Virus record (IMG/VR): IMGVR_UViG_3300045738_001587
Span: 1 to 59,259 of that record
Reading direction: 5' to 3' (one strand)
Source: a virus
Taxonomy: Duplodnaviria > Caudoviricetes
Length of the DNA stretch: 59,259 bases
A program made the translations under genes and the position numbers. This document shows positions 7,689 to 16,255 of the stretch, in pieces (position 1 is the stretch's first letter; every line of letters starts with the position of its first letter). The notes beneath the pieces were generated by a model. The model saw nothing but the letters and a program-made list of their open reading frames with translations. It was not told the origin of the DNA and made no database searches.

Positions 7689-7994
7689 ATGCCTTCAGCG
7701 GTAGCCATCCTTAAACACGGCATTAAAGATAGAGCAAATCTCAAACATCGAGTTCGGCTAGCTATTGAAGAAATAGCCATAGACGAATTCGGCGGCTCTA
7801 ACCTACAGTTTAAAGAAGGTAAAAACGCCGTGTCCTTCAACTTCAGTATGGCGGGTTTAAGACTCTCTGGTGAGGTTCTCCTAACAGAGAACCGTGTTGA
7901 AGCAAAGATCAGGCTACCGCTGATAGGCGTTTCTATGCAAGGAATGGTAATCGAAACACTATACAAACTTATCCCCAAGTATCTTAGTGAGTGA
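7689..7994 (+). CDS. Polyhydroxyalkanoic acid system (PHA_gran_rgn)-like protein
   Basis: Size and pattern: H near N-terminus, N.VSFNF...G..LSG.V....V.....LP......G.V; AAGGA RBS; family recognised by eye. Confidence 0.55.
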   Translation: MPSAVAILKHGIKDRANLKHRVRLAIEEIAIDEFGGSNLQFKEGKNAVSFNFSMAGLRLSGEVLLTENRVEAKIRLPLIGVSMQGMVIETLYKLIPKYLSE

Positions 7995-8641
7995 CTATGT
8001 TCACACCCCAAGTTAATTCAGGCTTTGAAGATTTTAGGATAGATGAAAAGCTGTGGGCGGAAAAGGGCCATTTCAGTAAGGATCAATTTCATTTTGTTTA
8101 TAGTTTAGTTGAAGACTTACACCCCACCTACGCCCTAGAAACAGGGTTTCACACCGGAAGATCCAGCTATGCAGTCTTAGAAGCCGGTAAAACAACCCTT
8201 AAGAAAATGATGTCTATTGACATAGACCTCGATAACAGTCCCCTTGGCCGAAAACAGAAGGACATACTAGAGCTTCACTATAAGGACAACAACTTCAAGG
8301 TCATAGAAGCCTGTAGTCACGAAACATTCAATAGCTCTTTTTTTGAACTCAACTTCCCCGAAGGGATAGACTTTATGATGGTAGATGGAGATCATACCTA
8401 TGAAGGGTGCTTGCAAGACATTTCTTTAGTACTGCCACACATTACCAAGGGTGGCATTATAATCGTCGATGATTACAAATCTGGCCCACCAGAGGGATGC
8501 GTCATCGAGGATGTCAGTCGGGCTTGTGATTTTGTCAATTCCATCCAGCAAAATTTATCAAAACAGGAGTGGAACCATCGCGGAAAAGGCTTCTGTGTTT
8601 TTACCAAGGTGGGTGGGTCAACACCGTTTCCAGATCAATAA
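7991..8641 (+). CDS. Class I SAM-dependent methyltransferase (Methyltransf_24-like)
   Basis: LETGFHTGRS, SIDID, VDGDHTYEG..D, GGIIIVDDY. Confidence 0.85.
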   Translation: MTMFTPQVNSGFEDFRIDEKLWAEKGHFSKDQFHFVYSLVEDLHPTYALETGFHTGRSSYAVLEAGKTTLKKMMSIDIDLDNSPLGRKQKDILELHYKDNNFKVIEACSHETFNSSFFELNFPEGIDFMMVDGDHTYEGCLQDISLVLPHITKGGIIIVDDYKSGPPEGCVIEDVSRACDFVNSIQQNLSKQEWNHRGKGFCVFTKVGGSTPFPDQ

Positions 8642-8656
8642 CAGGGTTGTATTATC

Positions 8657-8899
8657 ATGGCTAAAAAAAGATGGAACCAAAGCAAACAATACGACGCGGG
8701 GATAGTAATAACAACCCAAAGTCCCTATGGAAGCCATACAGATATGGTTGTAGACCCAGCGGTTTTTGCCAGTGGCGGCGCTGTCGCCAACCTGAAAGAC
8801 AACCAAGTTTTTTGCCAAGACGACCAAGGTTATTATATAACCGAAAGAAGCCGTTTGGATAATGGGTTAGCAGACCCAAGAAGGTATTCAGGCAGATAA
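8657..8899 (+). CDS. Hypothetical protein
   Basis: 80-aa ORF in the gene run. Confidence 0.6.
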   Translation: MAKKRWNQSKQYDAGIVITTQSPYGSHTDMVVDPAVFASGGAVANLKDNQVFCQDDQGYYITERSRLDNGLADPRRYSGR

Positions 8900-8949
8900 C
8901 AACACCCAGCGGGGGCGAAGAAAATTCGGAACTTTTGGCTGTTTTGTGC

Positions 8950-8977
8950 TTGACAATCAGCAGGAATGTGTTAAGAT
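8950..8977 (+). promoter_or_regulatory. Sigma70-type promoter
   Basis: TTGACA (8950-8955), 16-nt spacer, TAAGAT (8972-8977) preceded by extended -10 TGn. Confidence 0.65.
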
Positions 8978-9008
8978 ATAAGTATATCAATTTTTTTCAA
9001 ACCCGCAG

Positions 9009-9419
9009 GTGCTTGTTATGGAACTGCTCGGATCTCTATTAGCCTTCATATATTGTATGGCGGCTCTACATGGCTACAGGAATCAGTCTAGGTTCGACGG
9101 GTACGACGTAAACGTTTCTAGAACCTCTGAGGACAGCGACTTCTTTGCTGGGGTTGCATACGAAGAATCTGGTGACCCAGCAGCCTTCTACTTCTTTAAC
9201 GATACGGAAGAAGAAGCACAGGTGGCTACCAAGCCTGCCACCAAGCCAAAGCCTCCCCAAGCAAAAGACCACCCTTTATACCAAGATTGTGTGGACACGC
9301 TGGTAACTTTAGGCTATAATAAGACAGAAGCAAAAAAACTTTCGTCTTCAATTCTAGAGTCTACTGATATAGGTTCTGTAAAAGAGTTTTTATCAGAGGT
9401 ATTTAAGAGAGAAAATTAA
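9009..9419 (+). CDS. Membrane-anchored protein with C-terminal RuvA domain III-like helical bundle
   Basis: N-terminal hydrophobic helix, P/K/T-rich linker, DCVDTLVTLGYNKTEAKK; start may be ATG 9018. Confidence 0.55.
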   Translation: MLVMELLGSLLAFIYCMAALHGYRNQSRFDGYDVNVSRTSEDSDFFAGVAYEESGDPAAFYFFNDTEEEAQVATKPATKPKPPQAKDHPLYQDCVDTLVTLGYNKTEAKKLSSSILESTDIGSVKEFLSEVFKREN

Positions 9420-9421
9420 CA

Positions 9422-10273
9422 GTGCCTCCCAGTCCAGAACAATATATTAGTGAACTTAAATCCATAAACATCGAAACTATCAGTCGGTGTAATATGGAAA
9501 AAGATCATTGCGACGAATGCCCTATCGTAGCAAGAAGTGAAGTTTTTGGTAACTTCATACTGCCTTTTGATGTGATAACAAACCTTGTAAAAGAACTGAG
9601 TAAGCATGGTTACAAAGGACGAACTGGGTTTCATCACTATTCTGACCCAATGGTTGATAAAAGAATATTTGACATAGTGAAAATGCATATCAAACTATGT
9701 CCTCAAGCTGAAACTCAAATTTGGACTAATGGCAGGCTTTTAAGCAAGGGAAAAGCCAAGAGGCTACTAGGCTTGGGCCTAACCCATCTCCATGTAACTG
9801 CATACACTGACGAAGAACTTATAAAGTACAAAAAATTAGCCGACGACTTGCGGAAAGAATGGCCCGATGTAGTATATGAAATATGCGGTGGCAACTTAGA
9901 CGCACGCATGTCAATTTATACGGATGAGCCTAATGACATTACTGATGGATGCCCTAGAATAACAGACCAGCTAGTAATAACAAGCAGTGGTGATATTCAA
10001 CTTTGTTGCTGGGATTGGTTACGCAAAAATGAATTTGGAAACATCAAGAAACACGGCCTGATTGAAATTTTGAAAAGTAGCAACTTTTTATCCATGAGAG
10101 ACGATCTCATGCTAGGGAAAAGGAAAAAATATTACCCATGCGATAGGTGTACGGTTCAGTATGGATATAGCCCACCGCCGCCCCCGAAAAAGAAAACAGA
10201 GGCTGGCCTTGAACCTGTTGCCCGCACCCCGTGGAAAACACTGCTCCAGCAGATAGATAAATTTTCACCATGA
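9422..10273 (+). CDS. Radical SAM/SPASM(twitch)-domain protein with non-canonical CX6CX2C motif
   Basis: ETISRCNMEKDHCDECP, YSDP, TNG, CPR..LVI...G.IQLCC.D..FGNI, CDRC. Confidence 0.8.
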   Translation: MPPSPEQYISELKSINIETISRCNMEKDHCDECPIVARSEVFGNFILPFDVITNLVKELSKHGYKGRTGFHHYSDPMVDKRIFDIVKMHIKLCPQAETQIWTNGRLLSKGKAKRLLGLGLTHLHVTAYTDEELIKYKKLADDLRKEWPDVVYEICGGNLDARMSIYTDEPNDITDGCPRITDQLVITSSGDIQLCCWDWLRKNEFGNIKKHGLIEILKSSNFLSMRDDLMLGKRKKYYPCDRCTVQYGYSPPPPPKKKTEAGLEPVARTPWKTLLQQIDKFSP

Positions 10274-11136
10274 AGATCATAACAAGTACACATTACAACA
10301 GGCCAGCCTGTACTAAGATGATGCTAGATCATCTAGCAGAATGTGAAGGGATAGAGGACTACAAGATAATCTGCTGTGTTGAACCTGTAAATAATATTAT
10401 ACCAGACCTAATTGAATCGCACCCCTTAAATACGGAGCTTGTGGTAAATGATAGACTTTTGGGCTTATGGGAAAACAAGCATAAGGCCTTGTCTCTGGGG
10501 TTTAATGAGTCAGATTACGTCATACACCTAGAGGACGACATACTTTTATCTCAAGATGGTTTGCGAATGTTTGAATTTTGCTACCCCTTGAAGGACGAGA
10601 AAAGATTTTTCACTGTGTCTGCGTACAATAACCCAAAGGACGACAGCCATCTCAATGAGGATGCCAAAAGAAAAGTCGATGAACGGGCTGCATATCACCC
10701 ATGGGGATGGGCTATTTGGCTTGATAGGTGGAAAGAATTGAAGGAAAACTGGAGTGGTCAAGATACGGAGCTATCCAATAAATATCGAGGCGCTAGACTT
10801 GAGGCTTATCCTATACTTTCTAGAATCCAGAATGTGGGGCATCTAAAAGGGGAGTATTCATCAAGCCTAACAAAGAAAGACATTACGAAAGTAAAGACAT
10901 TGCTTGGAAGTGCAAATACAAAATACGACAGGTCGGAGCTAGAATATTTTGACCAAGCAGGAGATGATGAGCCATACGAGAACTCCGCTGGACGAGAAGT
11001 AATAAAGCTAAGTGATGACTATGTGAGGACAAGACATCCTCCAGCTTATGATGAGCAGTATGTTAAATTTTGGGCTAAAGATTACGACATGTCAAACACT
11101 AACTTTTATTTTGATGAGGGCATGAATATTGGATAA
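10270..11136 (+). CDS. GT-A fold glycosyltransferase
   Basis: YNRP, HLEDD, PWGWAIW.DRW, SRIQNVG. Confidence 0.75.
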   Translation: MKIITSTHYNRPACTKMMLDHLAECEGIEDYKIICCVEPVNNIIPDLIESHPLNTELVVNDRLLGLWENKHKALSLGFNESDYVIHLEDDILLSQDGLRMFEFCYPLKDEKRFFTVSAYNNPKDDSHLNEDAKRKVDERAAYHPWGWAIWLDRWKELKENWSGQDTELSNKYRGARLEAYPILSRIQNVGHLKGEYSSSLTKKDITKVKTLLGSANTKYDRSELEYFDQAGDDEPYENSAGREVIKLSDDYVRTRHPPAYDEQYVKFWAKDYDMSNTNFYFDEGMNIG

Positions 11137-12043
11137 CAACTTTTTATTATCAAGATTTCCAGAAGACTTATTTCCTCCCCTCGCAGAAGGCCGAGCGAAC
11201 TACTATAGCAAGACCATCAAAGGGGGAGGCGTGTGTTCGCGCTCTAATGTAGTCATAACAGGCCTGTGTAGAAACATTATCGACGTACTACCTCACGCGG
11301 CTGCTAGGCTGCGCAGGACGGCAGAATTATTCAAAGAGGCTAAGATACTAATATATGAAAACGACTCTGACGACGGGACAACTCAAGCCCTAAGAACAGA
11401 ATTTGAGGGCGAAAACAATGTCATACTCAAGCAGGATAGAACCGGACACAAAATGTTCGATAAGACTAGGGAGCTAGAAAGGCCTCTATACCTTGGAAGG
11501 TTACGCCAAAGGTGTAACGGCTGGATAAAAGACATAAATAAATTTTTCCCAATCGACTATATCATCGTGATAGACTTAGACCTAGATGGAGGCTGGTCTT
11601 ACGATGGAATCCTGAATAGCTTTGGTTACGATCACTGGTCTGCCATGACCGCCAACGGCTTTGAGTACAAAGAAAAGAAGATAGAAAGCGAACAAGGCGT
11701 TGAATACCTAGAGTATGAACGTCTGTTCTTTGACACTTTTGCTTATAAGAAATATGGAAGCTGGGAAGTATTAGATTCAGAAGAAACCAATAGGTTAAGG
11801 TTCGAGAGAGGAGAAGAGCCTTTTAGAGTTTACTCAAACTTCAACGGTGTTGGAATATACAAATATGAGGACATGATTGACTGTGTTTTCGGGGCGCACC
11901 AAAATCCAGATGGAACAGTTATCAACGAGTGGTCTTTCATGCACAATCAAATGGTCAAACGTGGGTGTAACATATACCTGAACCCCAGCCTAATCACTCT
12001 ATATTCCCCAACAGAATACAGCACACACATTGAGCAGGAATAA
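11129..12043 (+). CDS. GT-A fold glycosyltransferase (CAP59/mannosyltransferase-like)
   Basis: GLCRN, IYENDSDDGT, VIDLD, VYSNFNGVGIY. Confidence 0.7.
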   Translation: MDNNFLLSRFPEDLFPPLAEGRANYYSKTIKGGGVCSRSNVVITGLCRNIIDVLPHAAARLRRTAELFKEAKILIYENDSDDGTTQALRTEFEGENNVILKQDRTGHKMFDKTRELERPLYLGRLRQRCNGWIKDINKFFPIDYIIVIDLDLDGGWSYDGILNSFGYDHWSAMTANGFEYKEKKIESEQGVEYLEYERLFFDTFAYKKYGSWEVLDSEETNRLRFERGEEPFRVYSNFNGVGIYKYEDMIDCVFGAHQNPDGTVINEWSFMHNQMVKRGCNIYLNPSLITLYSPTEYSTHIEQE

Positions 12044-13122
12044 TGCTAAATATAATATCACCAATCAATCAGCTTGGATACGGTATAGCTGGGCTTAATA
12101 TATGCAAAGAGCTTGACAAGATTTCCCCCATCGCGCTGTTCCCCCTAGCTCAACCAACAGTTACGTGTCAGGATGATTTTGATATTGTTAACGATATGAT
12201 TAAAAACGCTAGGATGCCAGATTTTAACGCTCCCTGTTTAAGGATTTGGCATCAACACGACATGAGCCAGTTTGTTGGAAACGGCCTAAAAATTGGATTC
12301 CCTATCTTTGAACTTGATGAATTTAATGACCTCGAAAAGCACCACCTTGGCCAGCTTGATAAGATATTTGTGTGTTCCGAGTGGGCCAAAAGAGTGGTTC
12401 TAAAAGAGATAGGCTTACCCCCAGAACACGTACACGTCGTACCATTAGGGGTTGATAGAACAATTTTCAAGGAATCCACAGTTGACAATCACGAAAAAGA
12501 TGGTACAATATTCTTTAACTGCGGTAAGTGGGAGGTCAGGAAAGGGCATGATATCATCCCAGAAGCCTTTTCTAGGGCATTTTCCAGCGAAGATAACGTC
12601 GAGTTATGGATGATGTGCGACAACCCTTTTGTTCAAGGGGATGAAAAAATGAGGTGGATAGACCTGTACAAAAGCTCGCCTCTAGGGGGTAAAATAAGCT
12701 TTCTGGACAGGGCAGAGACACACGAAGGGGTGTATAATATAATGTCCAACGTTAGCTGTGGAGTATTCCCAGCTAGGGCAGAAGGGTGGAACCTAGAGCT
12801 ACTAGAGATGATGTCCTGCGGGAAGCCCGTAATAGCAACAGACTATTCGGCCCATACGGAGTTTTGTACTAAAGAAAATGCCTTCCTAGTGTCGATAGAC
12901 AAAGAAGAAAAGGCTTATGACGGAAAGTGGTTTCACGGAGAAATTGGAAACTGGGCTAGTATAGGGGAAGATCAAATAGATCAAATATCATCCCACATGA
13001 GAAACATACACGACAATAAAATAAAAACCAACCCACAAGGTGTCATCACGGCCGAAAAGTACACTTGGAAAAACTCTGCCCGCGAAGCGCACGGACACCT
13101 GAAGGAGTATGACAATTTTTAA
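12043..13122 (+). CDS. GT4 (GT-B) glycosyltransferase
   Basis: VPLGVD, GKWEVRKG, EGWNLELLE (EX7E), GKPVIATDYS. Confidence 0.88.
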   Translation: MLNIISPINQLGYGIAGLNICKELDKISPIALFPLAQPTVTCQDDFDIVNDMIKNARMPDFNAPCLRIWHQHDMSQFVGNGLKIGFPIFELDEFNDLEKHHLGQLDKIFVCSEWAKRVVLKEIGLPPEHVHVVPLGVDRTIFKESTVDNHEKDGTIFFNCGKWEVRKGHDIIPEAFSRAFSSEDNVELWMMCDNPFVQGDEKMRWIDLYKSSPLGGKISFLDRAETHEGVYNIMSNVSCGVFPARAEGWNLELLEMMSCGKPVIATDYSAHTEFCTKENAFLVSIDKEEKAYDGKWFHGEIGNWASIGEDQIDQISSHMRNIHDNKIKTNPQGVITAEKYTWKNSAREAHGHLKEYDNF

Positions 13123-13513
13123 TTTTTTCAAAAAAAAGAAAGAAGAAGAAGAAGAGGTAAAAGACCCAGAAGAACAAGAGGGTGAAGACAAACCAAAGGT
13201 ATTGGCGTGTATATCTTATTATATAACTGACGAAGGTACGACTTATATAGACGTTGAAATGTCAGACTATGATGAGGATAGCATTACTTTAATCGCCTCT
13301 CTTGTTACTGGTATTCATTCTGGACTATACACTCAGGACACTTTAACGATGCTAAGAAATGGCCTTGTAAAGGCAGGAAGACCGGAGCTTTATATAGATC
13401 TGGTAGCAAAAATATCTTCTGTTTTTTCGTCAGCCTACGACGGCCCAGACGACTCAGAAAACCCAGAAGACCCAGAGACGCCTTTTATTAAGCCGTCTGA
13501 AATCCTAGACTAA
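13109..13513 (+). CDS. Hypothetical acidic protein
   Basis: AAGGAG RBS; overlaps the previous gene. Confidence 0.7.
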   Translation: MTIFNFFKKKKEEEEEVKDPEEQEGEDKPKVLACISYYITDEGTTYIDVEMSDYDEDSITLIASLVTGIHSGLYTQDTLTMLRNGLVKAGRPELYIDLVAKISSVFSSAYDGPDDSENPEDPETPFIKPSEILD

Positions 13514-13524
13514 AGGGGTTTATT

Positions 13525-13944
13525 ATGCGAGAGAAAAGAAAAATAGGATGGCAAAAATATGAAAGTGTTATAGAGGAACAAATGTCATCTCCACTTTTGC
13601 AGGACATTTTATCACAAAAAGAGGAGCAACACGAAGAAGAAGAAGAATACGAAAGACTCATACAAGAGTTCAACAACAATGACGAAGACGTGAAATTTGT
13701 AGAATCAAGCCCAGCGATAACCATCTCAGAACAAATGATGAATGAGCTGTCTATGCTAACTAGCTTTGATTGCTGGGTTGGTCACACAAATTTTAACATA
13801 ACTCCTTCCATGAAAGCCAAGCTGGACTCTGTAGAGGGGGTTGAACTGCTAAAAATTTGCAGTAGGTATAGATTTTTTATAGGAATAGGTAAAATGTTCG
13901 ACTTTAAGACAGTCAGAACGAAACTTGAAAAGGAACTTTTGTAA
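13525..13944 (+). CDS. Hypothetical protein
   Basis: 139-aa ORF with RBS; WVGHTNFNIT and SRYRFFIGIGKMF blocks. Confidence 0.7.
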   Translation: MREKRKIGWQKYESVIEEQMSSPLLQDILSQKEEQHEEEEEYERLIQEFNNNDEDVKFVESSPAITISEQMMNELSMLTSFDCWVGHTNFNITPSMKAKLDSVEGVELLKICSRYRFFIGIGKMFDFKTVRTKLEKELL

Positions 13945-13955
13945 AAGGAATAATT

Positions 13956-14423
13956 ATGAACGATAAGATTGAAAACGCTTTGAAAGATCCAAATTTACAA
14001 GGAATAATGAACAAAGCCGCTAGTACCTTTACTAGACAGCTAACTCAAGACGAGATATACACTTGTAAAATTAATGCATTATGGAAGTCATTAAAGCATT
14101 GGGATGAAAGAAAAAAGTCAAAATTTAGTACATATCTCTTTAACGGCGTTAAGTATGAATGTATCAGGGAGCTAAAGTTTAAAAAGAAAAATAAAGCAAT
14201 TGGCGGAAAAGACCTAGACAAGATCCTCGCCAGCCGCGAAGACCATGTTGCCGAAGCTGATATAATTGACGAAATAGACAATTTGCCCTACGCGGAACTA
14301 ATAAAAGACAGGTCTAAAAGCTTCACTATCAACGAGATAGCAAATAGACACGGAATGAACAGAGAATCTACCAGAAGAAGGATAAAAAAATCCGCTAAGT
14401 TGCTGTCTAAGCGGCTGAAATAA
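13956..14423 (+). CDS. Sigma-70 family (compact region 2 + region 4) sigma factor-like protein
   Basis: ALWK....WD..K.SKFSTY (region 2) and C-terminal HTH FTINEIANRHGMNRESTRRRI. Confidence 0.75.
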   Translation: MNDKIENALKDPNLQGIMNKAASTFTRQLTQDEIYTCKINALWKSLKHWDERKKSKFSTYLFNGVKYECIRELKFKKKNKAIGGKDLDKILASREDHVAEADIIDEIDNLPYAELIKDRSKSFTINEIANRHGMNRESTRRRIKKSAKLLSKRLK

Positions 14424-14434
14424 GTGTATAATAT
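14424..14434 (+). promoter_or_regulatory. Putative promoter core GTGTATAATAT
   Basis: TATAAT at 14427-14432 directly after the sigma-like gene, upstream of a gene with an AGGAGG RBS. Confidence 0.55.
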
Positions 14435-14504
14435 GGTAGGAAAATTAGGATTGCTGCGGAACCGGAAACTTTAAACTTTTACTTTTTTATAGGAGGTAGT
14501 TATT

Positions 14505-15200
14505 ATGGCTACTCAAGCAGCAAAATCCGGTGGTGGCGCAGAAAATGTAGACGGCGGTGTAATAATTGGTATTACGGCGGTAGACTTAGCGGCCAAAGAT
14601 AGCCCAAATGTCATTGGCAAAGGCCTAAACGAACTCGCAACTGGCAATGAATATGGTTCCAAGGTTGTTCCAATAGACACTGACACAGGTGGCAGAGTTG
14701 ACGGCCACCCAGAGTTTACTGACAACGTTGGCATTGGGGCGGCAACCGCAGGTGTGGGAACATCCATGGCGTTTACCCCGAATCCAGCAGACAGAACTGC
14801 TACCGATCCACAGTTTATTATCAGAGGCGTATCTACCACCCTCGCTGGAAGTGGAAACACTGTCCTTCAGGTTCTAGGCAGTGATTACGCTGGCAAGGCC
14901 CACGATTGGGTTAATGAAACCGTGTCAGACAGAAAAATTGGAACATATTCCGACACCTCTATTGATGTCTTAGAGCCTACATCTAGCGGCATATTCCCTT
15001 ATAGAACTAAGGGTTCAAACGCTGGTGATGCTCTGGCATTTGTTCATCCTAGTGGCGATGGCCTGTCGTCAGGCACGGCGGGCGCTGTTACTGTTGCAGA
15101 CTTCGATAACCGTGGCACTCCGGGCAAGCTCAACTTTATGGCCGGTGGCCCCACGCCAACTGGTCAAAATTACCCAGCTAAGGATAGCTTTGAAACTTAA
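14505..15200 (+). CDS. Gly/Ala/Thr-rich protein, probable virion structural protein
   Basis: Small-residue-rich composition, AGGAGG RBS, own promoter and terminator; function is inference. Confidence 0.5.
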   Translation: MATQAAKSGGGAENVDGGVIIGITAVDLAAKDSPNVIGKGLNELATGNEYGSKVVPIDTDTGGRVDGHPEFTDNVGIGAATAGVGTSMAFTPNPADRTATDPQFIIRGVSTTLAGSGNTVLQVLGSDYAGKAHDWVNETVSDRKIGTYSDTSIDVLEPTSSGIFPYRTKGSNAGDALAFVHPSGDGLSSGTAGAVTVADFDNRGTPGKLNFMAGGPTPTGQNYPAKDSFET

Positions 15201-15210
15201 TTCCGCTTAA

Positions 15211-15274
15211 GAGGCCAGCCCCCTTAGGAACGCTCCGGTTAAGGTCTTACCTTCGGGGGCTGCCTCATATTTTT
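15211..15274 (+). terminator. Branched GC-rich hairpin with U-tract, putative intrinsic terminator
   Basis: GAGGC(C)AGCCCCC 15211-15223 pairs with GGGGGCTGCCTC 15255-15266, followed by ATATTTTT. Confidence 0.6.
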
Positions 15275-15308
15275 CTATAAGCAAACAAACGCCATAGGGG
15301 AGTATATA

Positions 15309-15881
15309 GTGGATACCGAAAATATCACACTCATAGCTGCAATGTTAACCACCTTGCTCACCTTTTTGGTCGCTGTGTGGGTTAAGGTTCTACGTCCTGC
15401 GATGAAGTTTATAGATAAACATGATGATGTCGTAAAATCTATAAACACGATAGAAAAAGAAATCACATGTAACGACGGAGGAAGCCTAAAAGACGCTATC
15501 ACAAATGTTAATAACACATGTGGAAGAATCGAAAATAGGCAAAAGATAATAGAACAGAGGACGAAAGCCGCCCTACACCACAGCAATACGGCTCTTTTTG
15601 AAACTGACAGCATAGGGAGGATGGCTTGGGCTAATGAACCATTCCACAAGCTAACAGGCCAAACACTAACAAACGTCACGGGTTTTGATTGGCTTACCTA
15701 TATACATGAGGACGAGAGAGAAGAATTTTTGCAAGAGTTTGAGTCTTGCATAGAAATGAACAGGAAGTTTTCCAAAGAAGTGAAGACATCCGATGGGCAG
15801 GAAATGAGGATGACTGGATATCCTTATAGATTAAATGACAATAAACAAGGAGGTTTTCTAATTAGCCTCGTAGAGGCTTAA
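15309..15881 (+). CDS. Membrane-anchored PAS-domain protein without output domain
   Basis: N-terminal TM, coiled coil, then ALFETDSIGRMAWANEPFHKLTG...GFDWLTYIHEDERE (PAS signature). Confidence 0.8.
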   Translation: MDTENITLIAAMLTTLLTFLVAVWVKVLRPAMKFIDKHDDVVKSINTIEKEITCNDGGSLKDAITNVNNTCGRIENRQKIIEQRTKAALHHSNTALFETDSIGRMAWANEPFHKLTGQTLTNVTGFDWLTYIHEDEREEFLQEFESCIEMNRKFSKEVKTSDGQEMRMTGYPYRLNDNKQGGFLISLVEA

Positions 15882-15896
15882 GAAAGGTAGTATATT

Positions 15897-16118
15897 ATGG
15901 GTTCTAATAAATGGTCACTGAATTGGGATGATGGTAAAAAGCTCGCCCTGAACACTTTTTTTGTATCAATTGCCGCTGGCCTGACTTATCTCGGTACGCA
16001 GGCTGCTAATATTGATTTGGGCTCTATGACAGCTTTGGTTGTCCCCATTGCAACGCTAGTCATTGGGGCTGCGACACAGTGGGCAAAAGACAGCTCCAAC
16101 AACGAACCATCAGAGTAA
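15897..16118 (+). CDS. Small two-TM protein, holin-like
   Basis: 73 aa, two TM helices, charged termini. Confidence 0.5.
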   Translation: MGSNKWSLNWDDGKKLALNTFFVSIAAGLTYLGTQAANIDLGSMTALVVPIATLVIGAATQWAKDSSNNEPSE

Positions 16119-16195
16119 TCTTGATTACATAGTGGTTCGAGGCACCAGAACAAAAGTTGATTGGAATTAAATATTGAAAACATATAGATAAACAT

Positions 16196-16238
16196 AGCTC
16201 GCCCTAGAGTGGTAGTCATCCTTGGGCGAGCTTTTTTT
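16196..16238 (+). terminator. Intrinsic terminator immediately upstream of the nrdA RBS
   Basis: AGCTCGCCC/GGGCGAGCT 9-bp stem plus T7 tract. Confidence 0.8.
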
Positions 16239-16255
16239 GCACCAAGGAAGATAGT

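Noticed and set aside
12728-12741. GTGTATAATATA promoter-like motif
   Set aside because: Lies inside a GT4 coding region (GVYNI) far from a downstream start; may be coincidental
13126-13160. A-run and GAA repeats
   Set aside because: Simple low-complexity Lys/Glu coding sequence; frame intact
16119-16195. NrdR box or known riboswitch upstream of nrdA
   Set aside because: No convincing NrdR palindrome or recognisable aptamer consensus by eye
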